From positions 1,120,001-1,184,000 of the forward strand of contig OY729416.1 in NCBI GenBank assembly GCA_963422265.1: DNA of 64,000 bases, read 5' to 3'. Position 1 is the first letter of the stretch. Each line of letters begins with the position of its first letter. Positions 23,005 through 33,087 of this stretch are shown one piece after another. The DNA comes from Thermodesulfobacteriota bacterium (lineage in GTDB: Bacteria > Desulfobacterota_D > UBA1144 > Nemesobacterales > UBA2774). Position numbers and translations under genes: made by a program. A model generated the notes under the pieces. The model saw only the letters and a list, made by a program, of their open reading frames with translations. It ran no database searches and was not told the DNA's origin.

Positions 23005-23856
23005 ATGAAGATAGAGTCCAAAGTTATTCTCGGAGATTGCTCCGAACAACTAAAACAATTGAAGGACAACTCAGTAGATTTAATCGTAACATCCCCTCCT
23101 TATGCTGACCAAAGAAAACAAACCTATGGGGGAGTTCATCCTAATAAATACATTGATTGGTTTCTCCCTATTTCCGGGGAATTACTAAGGGTTTTAAAGC
23201 CAACGGGAACTTTCATATTAAATATAAAAGAGCGCGTAGCTAATGGCGAACGTCACACCTATGTCTTAAATCTAATTCTAGCAATGAGGGAACAGGGATG
23301 GCTATGGACAGAGGAATTTATATGGTGTAAAAAGAATTCCTACCCGGGCAAATGGCCCAACCGCTTTCGGGATTCTTGGGAGCGACTTCTCCAATTCAAC
23401 AAAGACAAGAAATTCAAGATGTTTCAAGAGTCGGTAATGGTTCCTATGGGAGATTGGGCAAAAGGAAGGCTGAAAAATTTAAGCGCCGCTGACAAAGTAA
23501 GAGATGAATCAAAGGCGGGTAGCGGTTTCGGCAAAAAAGTGTCGAACTGGATCGGAAGAGATAAGGCATATCCAACCAACGTTCTACACATGGCTACTGA
23601 ATGCAGCAATAAAAATCACAGTGCGGTTTTTCCTATATACTTACCAGAGTGGTTTATTAAACTATTTACAGGAGAAGGTGATTGGGTGTTAGACCCTTTC
23701 ATGGGTTCTGGAGCAACGCTGAAGGCAGCTCAAAAGTTAAGAAGGAATTCTATAGGTATAGAAATTCAAGCTCGGTATCACGAGATGGTCGAGCAAGAAA
23801 TGAAACAAAACGAGTATTATCTTCTTGATAAAAGACAAAAATATGGAACAAGTTAA
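23005..23856 (+). CDS. Amino (N4-C/N6-A) DNA methyltransferase, beta class
   Basis: TSPPY catalytic motif before HSAVFP and VLDPFMGSG. Confidence 0.9.
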   Translation: MKIESKVILGDCSEQLKQLKDNSVDLIVTSPPYADQRKQTYGGVHPNKYIDWFLPISGELLRVLKPTGTFILNIKERVANGERHTYVLNLILAMREQGWLWTEEFIWCKKNSYPGKWPNRFRDSWERLLQFNKDKKFKMFQESVMVPMGDWAKGRLKNLSAADKVRDESKAGSGFGKKVSNWIGRDKAYPTNVLHMATECSNKNHSAVFPIYLPEWFIKLFTGEGDWVLDPFMGSGATLKAAQKLRRNSIGIEIQARYHEMVEQEMKQNEYYLLDKRQKYGTS

Positions 23857-24571
23857 TATTCAAGAAGTTGTAGAATATGTTGAAAGCAACATAGGAAGTT
23901 TTCATGCAAAAAGGATAGAGAATCTTGAAAAACTCAAACTCAGCGGAATTTTAAGAAGGAAAAACCCTTATCTATTTAAGGCTAAAAACATATTAACAGC
24001 TCATGATCTAGTTAAAACTATACTAGATGCTCATTTATCCTCCCAAGAGGAGACCATATTTGGAGATTTTCTGGAAGGGTTAGCAATATTCATCAACAAA
24101 AAAGTCTATGGTGGGGTTAAATCATCTGCGGAGGGCATCGATCTAGAGTTTGAAAAAGGTGGAAAGAGATTTATAGTCGCAATTAAGTCTGGGCCTAATT
24201 GGGGTAACAGCAGCCAAATAAAAAGAATGAAAGAAAACTTTAGAAAAGCAAAGCGTATATTACGCACTAGCGGTTCTAGGCTAGAAATTATACCAGTTAA
24301 TGGCTGCTGTTATGGATACGAAAACAAAACTGACAAAGGAGAGTATTTTAAGTACTGCGGACAAACATTCTGGGAGTTCATATCCGATGATGAATTTCTC
24401 TATACAAAGATAATAAAACCACTTGGGTATAAAGCCAAAGAGAAGAACGACACTTTTATACAATCTTATTCTCAGATAACAAACAAGTTTACATTAGAGT
24501 TCGGTCAGCGGTTTTGTAATAAAGGAATCATTGACTGGGATTCGCTACTGCGATTTAATTCTTCTAACTAG
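23843..24571 (+). CDS. Type II restriction endonuclease (PmeII/EcoO109I-like family)
   Basis: RKNPYLF, SSQEETIFG, GIDLEF...IKSGPNWGNSSQ; overlaps the MTase stop. Confidence 0.75.
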   Translation: MEQVNIQEVVEYVESNIGSFHAKRIENLEKLKLSGILRRKNPYLFKAKNILTAHDLVKTILDAHLSSQEETIFGDFLEGLAIFINKKVYGGVKSSAEGIDLEFEKGGKRFIVAIKSGPNWGNSSQIKRMKENFRKAKRILRTSGSRLEIIPVNGCCYGYENKTDKGEYFKYCGQTFWEFISDDEFLYTKIIKPLGYKAKEKNDTFIQSYSQITNKFTLEFGQRFCNKGIIDWDSLLRFNSSN

Positions 24572-24744
24572 CCGGAAAGGTTAGCTCTACCGACAGAAAC
24601 GAAACCACCAAGTTATTAGATATCAACTTTCATCAAACCAGAAATCAGGGTGCTATTTCTCAATTCCAACTATAACCCTAGAACCTTGCATAAACTATGC
24701 GTGATTCGGTATTATTTCGCATAGCTTAAGAACTTATTTGAATT

Positions 24745-26359
24745 ATGAATACGTTGTTCGATAGTCAGGAAGATGAATTGCTGAGTCTCAAGGGAGCGAG
24801 TGTTTGGGCTGGTAGGTACATACGAAAAAATGTCACAGAATCCAATATCTCATATTTAATTCAATACGGATTGATTAGCAAATTGCGCAATAACGGCGCA
24901 GTTTACGTAAAGAAAAGCGAGCTAAAAAGTATTATGACTCCTATTACGAAAAAAGGGAGAGCAACTGGCGGAATAAACTAGGCGATGATCTCAACTGGCA
25001 CTTATCTTTTGACTACTTAAAGGAAGCCGATACTATTAAGCACGTTCACAGACTCCACCCATATAAAGGCAAGTTCATTCCTCAGTTAGTCGAATATTTT
25101 CTTGATGGTCACGTAGATGAATTCAAAAGAGAGACTTATTTTCGCAAAGATGATATAATTCTTGATCCTTTTTGTGGTAGTGGAACCACTTTAGTGCAAG
25201 CTAATGAGCTAGGCATGCACGGCGTGGGGGTTGATATCTCCGAGTTTAACTCCATGATCGCGCATGCTAAGGTTGCCCATGTCAACCTATTAAAACTTAA
25301 CGAATCTATCAAAAGTATAACCTACTCTTTACAAAAGTTTCTTTATGATTCTAAAACTACGTCTTTTGAAGATAACCTTTTGGAAGAACTTAAAAGATTC
25401 AATTCTGAATACTTCCCCAACCCTGAATTTAAGCTTTGGGTTAAGAATAAAAGAGTAAACGAGAAAAAATACGCAGAGGAGAAGGAAAAAGAATTTCTAC
25501 CTATATATAATAAGCTAATTGATGAATTTAGAATAGACATAAAACAAGAGAAACAAGATAACTTTATTGATAAATGGTATTTCAACTCAGCAAAGGAAGA
25601 AATTGATCTTGTATTCAATAAGATTAAAAAGATAAAAGACGTAAATATGCAAGATTATACTTGCCGTCATTCTAAGCAGAACAATTCGCTCATGTAGAGC
25701 AACCACTCATGCAGATTTAGCAACGCTGAAAGAGCCTGTCCTATCAACCTATTATTGCCATAAACACGGAAAAATCTGTAAACCCCTTTTCAGTATAGCC
25801 AAGTGGTGGAAAACGTATTGCAAAGATACAGTGAAGAGACTTGACGTATTTAATAAACTACGCACAAACTCTTATCAGTACTGTCTAAGTGGTGACTCTA
25901 GAGCTATTGATATACTTGCTGAAATTAGAAAAAAGAATTCACAATTTTATGATCTCATAAAAAATAAAAAAATCCGAGGCGTCTTCTCCAGCCCTCCATA
26001 CGTTGGGATGATTGATTATCACGAGCAACACGCATACTCCTACGACCTATTCGGTTTTAATAGAAGAGATGAGTCCGAGATAGGACCTTTAAGTAAAGGT
26101 CAAGGTAAAGAGGCGAGAGAATCTTATACCAAAGGAATAGCCGACGTATTAAATAGACGTATTAAATAATTGTAGAGAATATATGGTCAATGATTATGAC
26201 GTATTTCTCGTTGCGAACGATAAATACAATTTATATCCCGATATAGCGTCGCAAGCTAGCATGAAGATCGTCAACAGATTCAAAAGGCCCGTCTTAAATA
26301 GAACTGAAAGAGACAAAAGCGCCTATTCAGAGATAATTTTTCACCTAAAATCAGAATAA
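24745..26359 (+). pseudogene. DNA methyltransferase with N-terminal HTH-like domain, three frameshifts
   Basis: Joining frames at ~24926, ~25650 and a 13-bp duplication at 26143-26168 gives HRLHPYKGKFIPQL, LDPFCGSGTT, SSPPY and KRPVLNRTE in one protein ending at TAA 26359. Confidence 0.85.
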
Positions 26360-26364
26360 CCGCA

Positions 26365-27144
26365 ATGGCTATTAGCAAAAAACAAAGGTTTGATATTGAA
26401 GAAACGATAAAGAACTGCCTGCGAGATAAATTCAGAAGTTATAACCCTGAAACTAGCAATATGCCGTTTCACTTCCGTCTGCTCGGAAAAGACAGAATGG
26501 CTCTATATTCTTTTATACACTCTCTAAACACAAGATTCGGGACATCCATCTTTGAGCCAGTCGCCACAGCTCTTGCGAAAGAAAAATTTAAGAGTGCGAA
26601 GAGGAGCCAGGCTGGTGTTGGAGACAAGATTAGTGAAGAAGTGCACAAAACTATACAGTCGATTATGAATGAACTAGCAACCGGAGAGCGGAATCCGGAC
26701 AAAGAAAAGGAAACTAGCCTTATTAGAGAAGTCTGCCGCTCGGGCAAGATGAAGAAAGTTAGGCTAACAAAGGCTGACTTATGTATTCAGGACTATGCGG
26801 GAACTATTTATATGTTTGATATTAAAACGGCTAAGCCGAATGTTGGAAACTTCAAAGAATTCAAAAGAACCTTATTAGAATGGGTTGCTGTTATTTTAGC
26901 AAAGAATCCTGACGCGGACGTCAAAAGCGCAATTGCAATACCTTACAATCCCTATGAGCCCAAACCTTATGAACGGTGGACTCTGCGAGGGATGTTGGAT
27001 TTAGAGCAAGAATTGTTCGTTGCAGACGAGTTTTGGGATTTTCTTGCAGGGAATGATGGCTATGAAGACTTGCTAAATTGTTTTGAGAGAGCTGGGATAG
27101 AATTGAGGACAGAGATTGACGCGTATTTTGGCAGCTTTACATAA
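26365..27144 (+). CDS. Type II restriction endonuclease, TdeIII/MjaII-like family
   Basis: MPFH.RLLGKDRMALYSFIHSL, ADL...FDIKTAKPN, IPYNPYEPKPYERW. Confidence 0.75.
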   Translation: MAISKKQRFDIEETIKNCLRDKFRSYNPETSNMPFHFRLLGKDRMALYSFIHSLNTRFGTSIFEPVATALAKEKFKSAKRSQAGVGDKISEEVHKTIQSIMNELATGERNPDKEKETSLIREVCRSGKMKKVRLTKADLCIQDYAGTIYMFDIKTAKPNVGNFKEFKRTLLEWVAVILAKNPDADVKSAIAIPYNPYEPKPYERWTLRGMLDLEQELFVADEFWDFLAGNDGYEDLLNCFERAGIELRTEIDAYFGSFT

Positions 27145-27203
27145 AGCACCAACACTAAAGCTGAAGCAAGAAATATCATTCCGCTTAATTCCATATTAAT
27201 TTA

Positions 27204-27232
27204 TTGACAGCTCAGTTAATTTGTGATAAAAA
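27204..27232 (+). promoter_or_regulatory. Sigma70-like promoter of the mltD-like gene
   Basis: TTGACA-17 bp-TAAAAA with extended TG, 8 nt before ATG. Confidence 0.5.
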
Positions 27233-27240
27233 AGTAGCCG

Positions 27241-29142
27241 ATGCTATACAGGTATCTATTGCTTTCGGCTCTCGTATTAGCTGGATGCAGTGCAAAGAAT
27301 TACCAATCAACGAGTACTCTGTCGGACTATTCCGGAAACGAAGAGAGTGCCATTGCTTCTCCCGAGCCAGAAATTGTTGGTGAGTCGGCTGACGAGCAAC
27401 CAGAGGTAAGCGAGCAATCGAAGGAAGGGGCAGACGCGAAACTTACTCAGCCTCAGGAAGTCTTAGAGCAGTTTCCCGAAGTCGACCCCGAGACTGAAAA
27501 GATAATCCCTTTAGTCTTTAACCATAAAGTAAATCACTACATAAAATACTTTCAAACCAGGGGACGCAAGTCGTTCAGTCTATGGCTTGAGCGATCGGGG
27601 AAGTATATACCCCCTATGAAGGAAATACTTAAAGAGCATGGTTTGCCAACCGATCTTGTCTATATGTCTATGATAGAAAGTGGGTTTAACGTAAAGGCTA
27701 GATCTCATAAAGCCGCGGTAGGTCCCTGGCAGTTTATCAAGCCGACGGCAAAGCGTTATGGATTAAGAATGAACGCCTGGGTAGATGAAAGGATGGATCC
27801 AAGAAGATCCACCGTCGCCGCCGCAAACTATATGAGCGACCTATACGCGATGTTTCAATCTTGGGAACTCGCCGCCGCGAGTTATAACTGTGGTGAAGAT
27901 AGAGTGCAGAACGCAATAGACAAATACCAGACAAATGATTTTTGGCAAATTTCAGAATTAACGCTCCCAAGGGAGACAAGAAACTACGTTCCCAAATTTA
28001 TGGCGGCTCTGATTATTTCCAAAAATCCGTCTAAATACGGATTTGCGGAAGTCAGATATCACGAGTACGAGCCTTATGAAGTCGCTCTTGTAGCACCGCG
28101 AAAGAGCCTCAAAGACATAGCAAAGATAATAGGAATTAGCCCCAAAGCACTCATAGGATTAAATCCGGCTCTGCGGCATAAGGCGACGCCCCCAGGCTCC
28201 CGATATGAAATTAACGTGCCCTTAGGATACAAAACCATCATCGCCCAAAATAGTCAGGCGATATCGGGACTCAGAAACGTTAGCCTTCTAAGAGCTAAAG
28301 GATTCGGTTCTTCACAGCATAGGGTGAGAAGGGGAGACTCGCTGACCAAATTGTCTAAGAGATACAAGGTAAGCGTACCCGAGATAAAAATGGTGAACAG
28401 GCTAAAAGACTCGACTATAAGGATTGGACAGTCGTTGAAAATACCGGGCAGATACGGCGATGCGATGAAATATAGGGTCAGGCTTGGCGATACCCTAGGA
28501 CACGTTGCTCGTAGGCACGGGGTTAGTGTTAAGTCCATAAAAAAGGCGAATGGTATCAGAGGATCGTTGATAAGGGAGGGACAAATTCTCGCTATCCCCA
28601 CGGTTTCGGGCATTCATTACAATTATAAGAAGCGCCCTGCACTAACAATTACTAAAGCCACTAAATATGAGGTTAGACCCGGAGACACGCTCGGTGCTAT
28701 ATCGGCTAGGTTAAACGTGAGCGTCGCGGCGCTAAAGGCAGCAAACGGAATAAACGGGACTTTCATAAAGGCGGGGCAAACGCTCAATATCCCACCAACA
28801 ACTATGGGAAGAGCAAAGCACGCAAAGACCAACGCCGCTGAGGCGGAAACGAAAGCGAAAAAATATACGGTTAAGACCGGAGATACTTTAGGGGTTATCG
28901 CTCAAGAGCACGGGGTAAAGCTTATAGCCTTAAAAAGCGCGAATGATCTCACGGGTTCTATGATTCAAACAGGACAAACCCTTACGATACCCAACGGCGT
29001 AATCGACTATCGTGTGAGGAGAGGCGACTCACTATGGGAGATAGCTAATCAACACAGCGTATCGGTAGATAAGATTAAGAGATGGAACAATCTAAGGTCT
29101 GACAACCTCTTTCCAGGAGAAAAACTGATAATTTACCAGTAG
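27241..29142 (+). CDS. MltD-like lytic transglycosylase lipoprotein with five clear LysM repeats
   Basis: LAGC lipobox, MIESGF, GPWQF, ASYNCG, ETRNYV; five V..GD(S/T)L repeats. Confidence 0.9.
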   Translation: MLYRYLLLSALVLAGCSAKNYQSTSTLSDYSGNEESAIASPEPEIVGESADEQPEVSEQSKEGADAKLTQPQEVLEQFPEVDPETEKIIPLVFNHKVNHYIKYFQTRGRKSFSLWLERSGKYIPPMKEILKEHGLPTDLVYMSMIESGFNVKARSHKAAVGPWQFIKPTAKRYGLRMNAWVDERMDPRRSTVAAANYMSDLYAMFQSWELAAASYNCGEDRVQNAIDKYQTNDFWQISELTLPRETRNYVPKFMAALIISKNPSKYGFAEVRYHEYEPYEVALVAPRKSLKDIAKIIGISPKALIGLNPALRHKATPPGSRYEINVPLGYKTIIAQNSQAISGLRNVSLLRAKGFGSSQHRVRRGDSLTKLSKRYKVSVPEIKMVNRLKDSTIRIGQSLKIPGRYGDAMKYRVRLGDTLGHVARRHGVSVKSIKKANGIRGSLIREGQILAIPTVSGIHYNYKKRPALTITKATKYEVRPGDTLGAISARLNVSVAALKAANGINGTFIKAGQTLNIPPTTMGRAKHAKTNAAEAETKAKKYTVKTGDTLGVIAQEHGVKLIALKSANDLTGSMIQTGQTLTIPNGVIDYRVRRGDSLWEIANQHSVSVDKIKRWNNLRSDNLFPGEKLIIYQ

Positions 29143-29274
29143 GCGCATATAAAAGACGAGCGAGACCCTCCTTTTGGAGTAAATCCACAGACATGTCCCC
29201 GCCTCTCTGAGCAGGAATCAAACCAGATGAAAAACTGATCCTGACATAGCTCTGATCAGGACAAGCAGATTCAA

Positions 29275-29961
29275 ATGACGGGCGCAAACAATCGTGTAAA
29301 AAAGACACTATATGAAAAAAAACACTACGCTGATTTAGCGTCTTCTTACTCCAAGAATAAAACCCTTATCAAAATCCGCCTGAAAGAATTCAAAGACATA
29401 TATAAACAAGGAGATGACCAAAGATTATTTGAGGAACTCTGCTTCTGTATATGCACGGCTGGCGCTAGTGCTAAGATGGGAATTAGATCAATAGACGCTA
29501 TAAGAGACGTCCTGCATGACGGTAGCCTAAAGCAATTACAGAAGCGTTTAAGAGGCGTTCACAGATTTCCAAACAAGAGACCGACCTACATAGTTCATAC
29601 AAGGGAGTATTTGAAAAAAGAGCACGGGTTTAAGATCAAGGATTTAATAAAGTCGTTTAAGAACCCGATGGAGAGAAGGGATTTCCTCGCCAAGAACAAG
29701 AACGTTAAAGGAATAGGATACAAAGAATCCAGCCATTTTCTGCGTAATATCGGCTTTACTGGCTACGGAATCCTTGATAAGCACATTCTCAACACGCTTT
29801 ATGAGCGCGATATAATAGAAAGTCCCAAACCGCCTTCAACAAGGAATAGATATATAGTGATAGAAAACAAGTTAAAGCAGTTTGCCGAGGATATGAACGT
29901 CTCGATGGATGAACTTGATCTTCTGCTGTGGAGAGAAAAGACCGGAGTGATTTTGAAATGA
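29275..29961 (+). CDS. N-glycosylase/DNA lyase (8-oxoguanine glycosylase, OGG2-type)
   Basis: LFEELCFCICT, HRFPN, KGIGYKESSHFLRNIG, ILDKH, LDLLLW. Confidence 0.88.
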   Translation: MTGANNRVKKTLYEKKHYADLASSYSKNKTLIKIRLKEFKDIYKQGDDQRLFEELCFCICTAGASAKMGIRSIDAIRDVLHDGSLKQLQKRLRGVHRFPNKRPTYIVHTREYLKKEHGFKIKDLIKSFKNPMERRDFLAKNKNVKGIGYKESSHFLRNIGFTGYGILDKHILNTLYERDIIESPKPPSTRNRYIVIENKLKQFAEDMNVSMDELDLLLWREKTGVILK

Positions 29962-29971
29962 ATAGGAATTA

Positions 29972-30286
29972 TTATAAACCGTCTGACCTGTTCAGTTTAT
30001 CAGCAGTCTTCTTTGCATCTATCATTGAAAAGATCACAAGCGCTAAGCCCGCAAGCGTATAAGCGAGCACAATCAAAGTGGTTGGCTCATCAGCAAAAGG
30101 GTCTCCTTCCAATTCCATCAGGCGTGACAGTGGCTCCCGTATCAACAGGCTTATCACAAAATTAAGACCTATAAGAACTAGCCCTTTCACTAGCTGGTTA
30201 TTATATATCTGCCCTAGTCCGGGCAATAAGCCTGATAAAACGAGGGCTATTATTGGGCTTTTTCTCTTCTTCTTTTTATCTTTCAT
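29972..30286 (-). CDS. Small membrane protein (PGLGQIYN family)
   Basis: KSPIIALVLS.LLPGLGQIYN; hydrophobic helices. Confidence 0.75.
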   Translation of the reverse strand: MKDKKKKRKSPIIALVLSGLLPGLGQIYNNQLVKGLVLIGLNFVISLLIREPLSRLMELEGDPFADEPTTLIVLAYTLAGLALVIFSMIDAKKTADKLNRSDGL

Positions 30287-31086
30287 GGCTCTACTAAGGT
30301 AGAGGAACGCAAGAGGTTCTTCAACTCCTCCGAGGGGTCACACGCCTTCATAAGAGTCTCTCCTATCAAGAAGACGTGGATGCCGACTTCTCTTAATTTC
30401 CTTATGTCATTGTAGGCCTTTACACCACTTTCCGCAATTACAATCTTTTCCTTGGGAATCCTCTTAGAAAGTCGGACGGAAATGTCTAAGTCAACGTCAA
30501 AAGTCTTTAGGTTTCTATTGTTGATACCGATTATTCTGCTTCCGGCTCCAAGAGCCACATCCACCTCTCTCTCGTCGTGAACCTCAACTATGGCGTTCAT
30601 ACCGAGAGAATGGGTAAGATTTAGAAAATCTCTAAGGTTAGCCTCGCTCAAAGCCGATACTATTAACAATAGTGCGTCCGCCCCGTGTAATCTGGATTCG
30701 TAAATCTGATAGGCGTCGAGAATAAAATCCTTTCTCAGTAAAGGTATAGCTACCTCCTGCTGAATCTGACGCAGATAATCGAGTTTGCCCTTAAAGAATT
30801 GGTTATCCGTAAGAATAGATAGGGCTGCTGCGCCTCCGCAAGCGTAGCCCTTTGCAATTTGAACCGGGTTGAAATCCTGCCATCTAAAAACGCCCTTTGA
30901 GGGAGACGCCCTCTTAATCTCAGCGATTATATGGAGATTACCGTTAGGATTGATAGCATTATAAAAATCCCTTGGAGGCAGCGCACTTTTGAGCTTTTGA
31001 ATTATTGACTCTATAGGAAGGGAATTCTTAGATGCTTGGACTTCAGCGAGCTTGTTGTCAATAATTTTATCAAGAATGGTGTTCAT
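30283..31086 (-). CDS. trpC: Indole-3-glycerol phosphate synthase
   Basis: IAEIKRASPSKG, LRKDFI, GINNRNL, AESG. Confidence 0.96.
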   Translation of the reverse strand: MNTILDKIIDNKLAEVQASKNSLPIESIIQKLKSALPPRDFYNAINPNGNLHIIAEIKRASPSKGVFRWQDFNPVQIAKGYACGGAAALSILTDNQFFKGKLDYLRQIQQEVAIPLLRKDFILDAYQIYESRLHGADALLLIVSALSEANLRDFLNLTHSLGMNAIVEVHDEREVDVALGAGSRIIGINNRNLKTFDVDLDISVRLSKRIPKEKIVIAESGVKAYNDIRKLREVGIHVFLIGETLMKACDPSEELKNLLRSSTLVEP

Positions 31087-31122
31087 TGGATAACTTAGAT
31101 TAAGGACAGGTGCTCTCCCCGT

Positions 31123-32172
31123 TTATGAGGATACCCCTGCGGACGCCATCCGCGTTAATTGTTCTAAGTTTTCGAGGGCTTTGCCCGAATCTAGGGATTC
31201 TTGAGCTCGCTCTAAACCCGATTGGAGATCGGACTCAGCGCCTGATACGTAAATCGCAGCAGCAGCGTTGATCAATACAATATCCCTCTTTGCTCCCTTG
31301 TCATCTCCGTTTAAGATTGAAATGAGCATTCTGGCGTTTTCTTTAGGGCTATGGGCTCCCTTTAGCTCTTCGATATTCCTTATTTTGAATCCCAACTCAA
31401 TAGGGTCAACTTGGTATTTCTTTATCACTCCATCCCTCAGATTGGATACTATAGTTTTGCCGGTCACTGTAATCTCATCGAGAGAATCAGCCCCGTGAAC
31501 GACCATTGCGTTTTGATGTCCCAAGTTTCTTAAGACATGTATTATCGGGTCTAGTAGAGTCTCGGAATAAACTCCGATGACCTGATATTTAACCCGAGCT
31601 GGATTTACTATCGGACCTAGAATATTAAAAATTGTCCGAACGCCAATGTCTTTTCTAGTCTGAGCTACATTTTTCATCGCAGGATGATATACGGGGGCGA
31701 ATAGAAAAACTATTCCTATCTCATCCAGACATTTCTGGGCGATTTCCGTTGAATGATGAACGTTAATTCCAAGCGCCTGTAGCACGTCTGCACTTCCGAC
31801 TGGGCTCGAGACCGAGCGGTTGCCATGCTTGGCAACTGCCACCCCTGCCCCGGCAACGACAAATGAAGCTGTGGTCGAAATGTTAAAAGTCCCCCGCCCA
31901 TCTCCCCCCGTGCCGCACAGATCGACTACAGTATCGCGATCCGAACTTAATATGGTTGCCTTTCTCAACATTGCCCTTGCAGCACCGGTAATCTCCGATA
32001 CCGACTCACCCTTCATTTTGAGACCCACTAACAAAGACGAAACCTGACTTGACGTGCAATCACCTTCCATTATTTCTTCAATTACTCGGCACGTCTCGTC
32101 TTCTTTAAGATCGATGAAGTCAACCACTTTGGTTATGGCTTCCTTTATTACATCTTTTGCCATACTTATCAC
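31123..32172 (-). CDS. trpD: Anthranilate phosphoribosyltransferase
   Basis: CGTGGDG, NIST, KHGNRS, GSAD, RTIFNILGP. Confidence 0.96.
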   Translation of the reverse strand: MISMAKDVIKEAITKVVDFIDLKEDETCRVIEEIMEGDCTSSQVSSLLVGLKMKGESVSEITGAARAMLRKATILSSDRDTVVDLCGTGGDGRGTFNISTTASFVVAGAGVAVAKHGNRSVSSPVGSADVLQALGINVHHSTEIAQKCLDEIGIVFLFAPVYHPAMKNVAQTRKDIGVRTIFNILGPIVNPARVKYQVIGVYSETLLDPIIHVLRNLGHQNAMVVHGADSLDEITVTGKTIVSNLRDGVIKKYQVDPIELGFKIRNIEELKGAHSPKENARMLISILNGDDKGAKRDIVLINAAAAIYVSGAESDLQSGLERAQESLDSGKALENLEQLTRMASAGVSS

Positions 32173-32603
32173 TCTCCTTCCAGAGAAATGCGCACCTTGT
32201 CTAATATGCCGTTCACAAAGGCTCCTGAATACTCCGTTCCAAAGGTTTTCCCTAGTTCCACGGCTTCGTTAATGGTAACGGCGGAAGGAATACTGCTCAA
32301 GTAAACTAGCTCATATATCGCAATTCTTAAAATGTTCCTATCTATATTAGACATTCTGGATAGGCGCCAATTCTCCGAATAGTTTACTATGATTTCATCA
32401 ATATTCGCTAAGTTAGTACGACTTCCTCTAGCTAGTATATAGAAGAATTCCTTAACGTCATCGTCATGCCTAAACCTGTTCTCATTCCAAAAACAGTATA
32501 AAAAATCGTCGCCTACCGAGCGATTCGCCGAAAATTCCTTTAACACGTCGCATTGATAAAGGAATTGAAGCGCAAGCTCCCTGGCATGTCTTCTTTTACC
32601 CAT
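32169..32603 (-). CDS. nusB: Transcription antitermination factor NusB
   Basis: RRHARELALQFLY, DRNILR, INEAVEL, FVNGILD. Confidence 0.95.
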   Translation of the reverse strand: MGKRRHARELALQFLYQCDVLKEFSANRSVGDDFLYCFWNENRFRHDDDVKEFFYILARGSRTNLANIDEIIVNYSENWRLSRMSNIDRNILRIAIYELVYLSSIPSAVTINEAVELGKTFGTEYSGAFVNGILDKVRISLEGE

Positions 32604-33072
32604 TTTGGGACATGATCTTCATTAGGTTAGCCATTTCAATTGCAGAGAGAGCCGCCTCGCAGCCGCGATTGCCCGCTTTGGAGCCCGCCCTTTCAATCGC
32701 CTGTTCAAGTGTTTCAGTCGTCACAACGCCAGATGAAACAGGCACGCTGCCTTCTAGCCCTATGCTCGCTATAGTGCTTACGACCGTTGAGGATAAATAA
32801 TCGAAGTGGGGCGTCTGCCCCCTGATTATGGCACCTAATGCAACTATAGCGTCATACCTTTTCGCTTCCACAGCCTTTTTGACGGCGTAGAGCAACTCAT
32901 AAGAGCCAGGGACCCTAATAACGTCTATGTCCTTTTCAGACGCATTATGCCTGATTAAAACGTCAATAGCTCCACTAACCAGCTTGTCGGTGATAAAATC
33001 GTTAAACCTGCTTACGACTATCGCAACTTTGAGTTCCCTTGCATCCATATTACCCTCGTAAGTCTGAGGCAT
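32596..33072 (-). CDS. ribH: 6,7-dimethyl-8-ribityllumazine synthase
   Basis: SRFN, VPGSYE, IRGQTPHF, QAIERAG. Confidence 0.96.
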   Translation of the reverse strand: MPQTYEGNMDARELKVAIVVSRFNDFITDKLVSGAIDVLIRHNASEKDIDVIRVPGSYELLYAVKKAVEAKRYDAIVALGAIIRGQTPHFDYLSSTVVSTIASIGLEGSVPVSSGVVTTETLEQAIERAGSKAGNRGCEAALSAIEMANLMKIMSQNG

Positions 33073-33087
33073 AATAATCTCTCCTTT

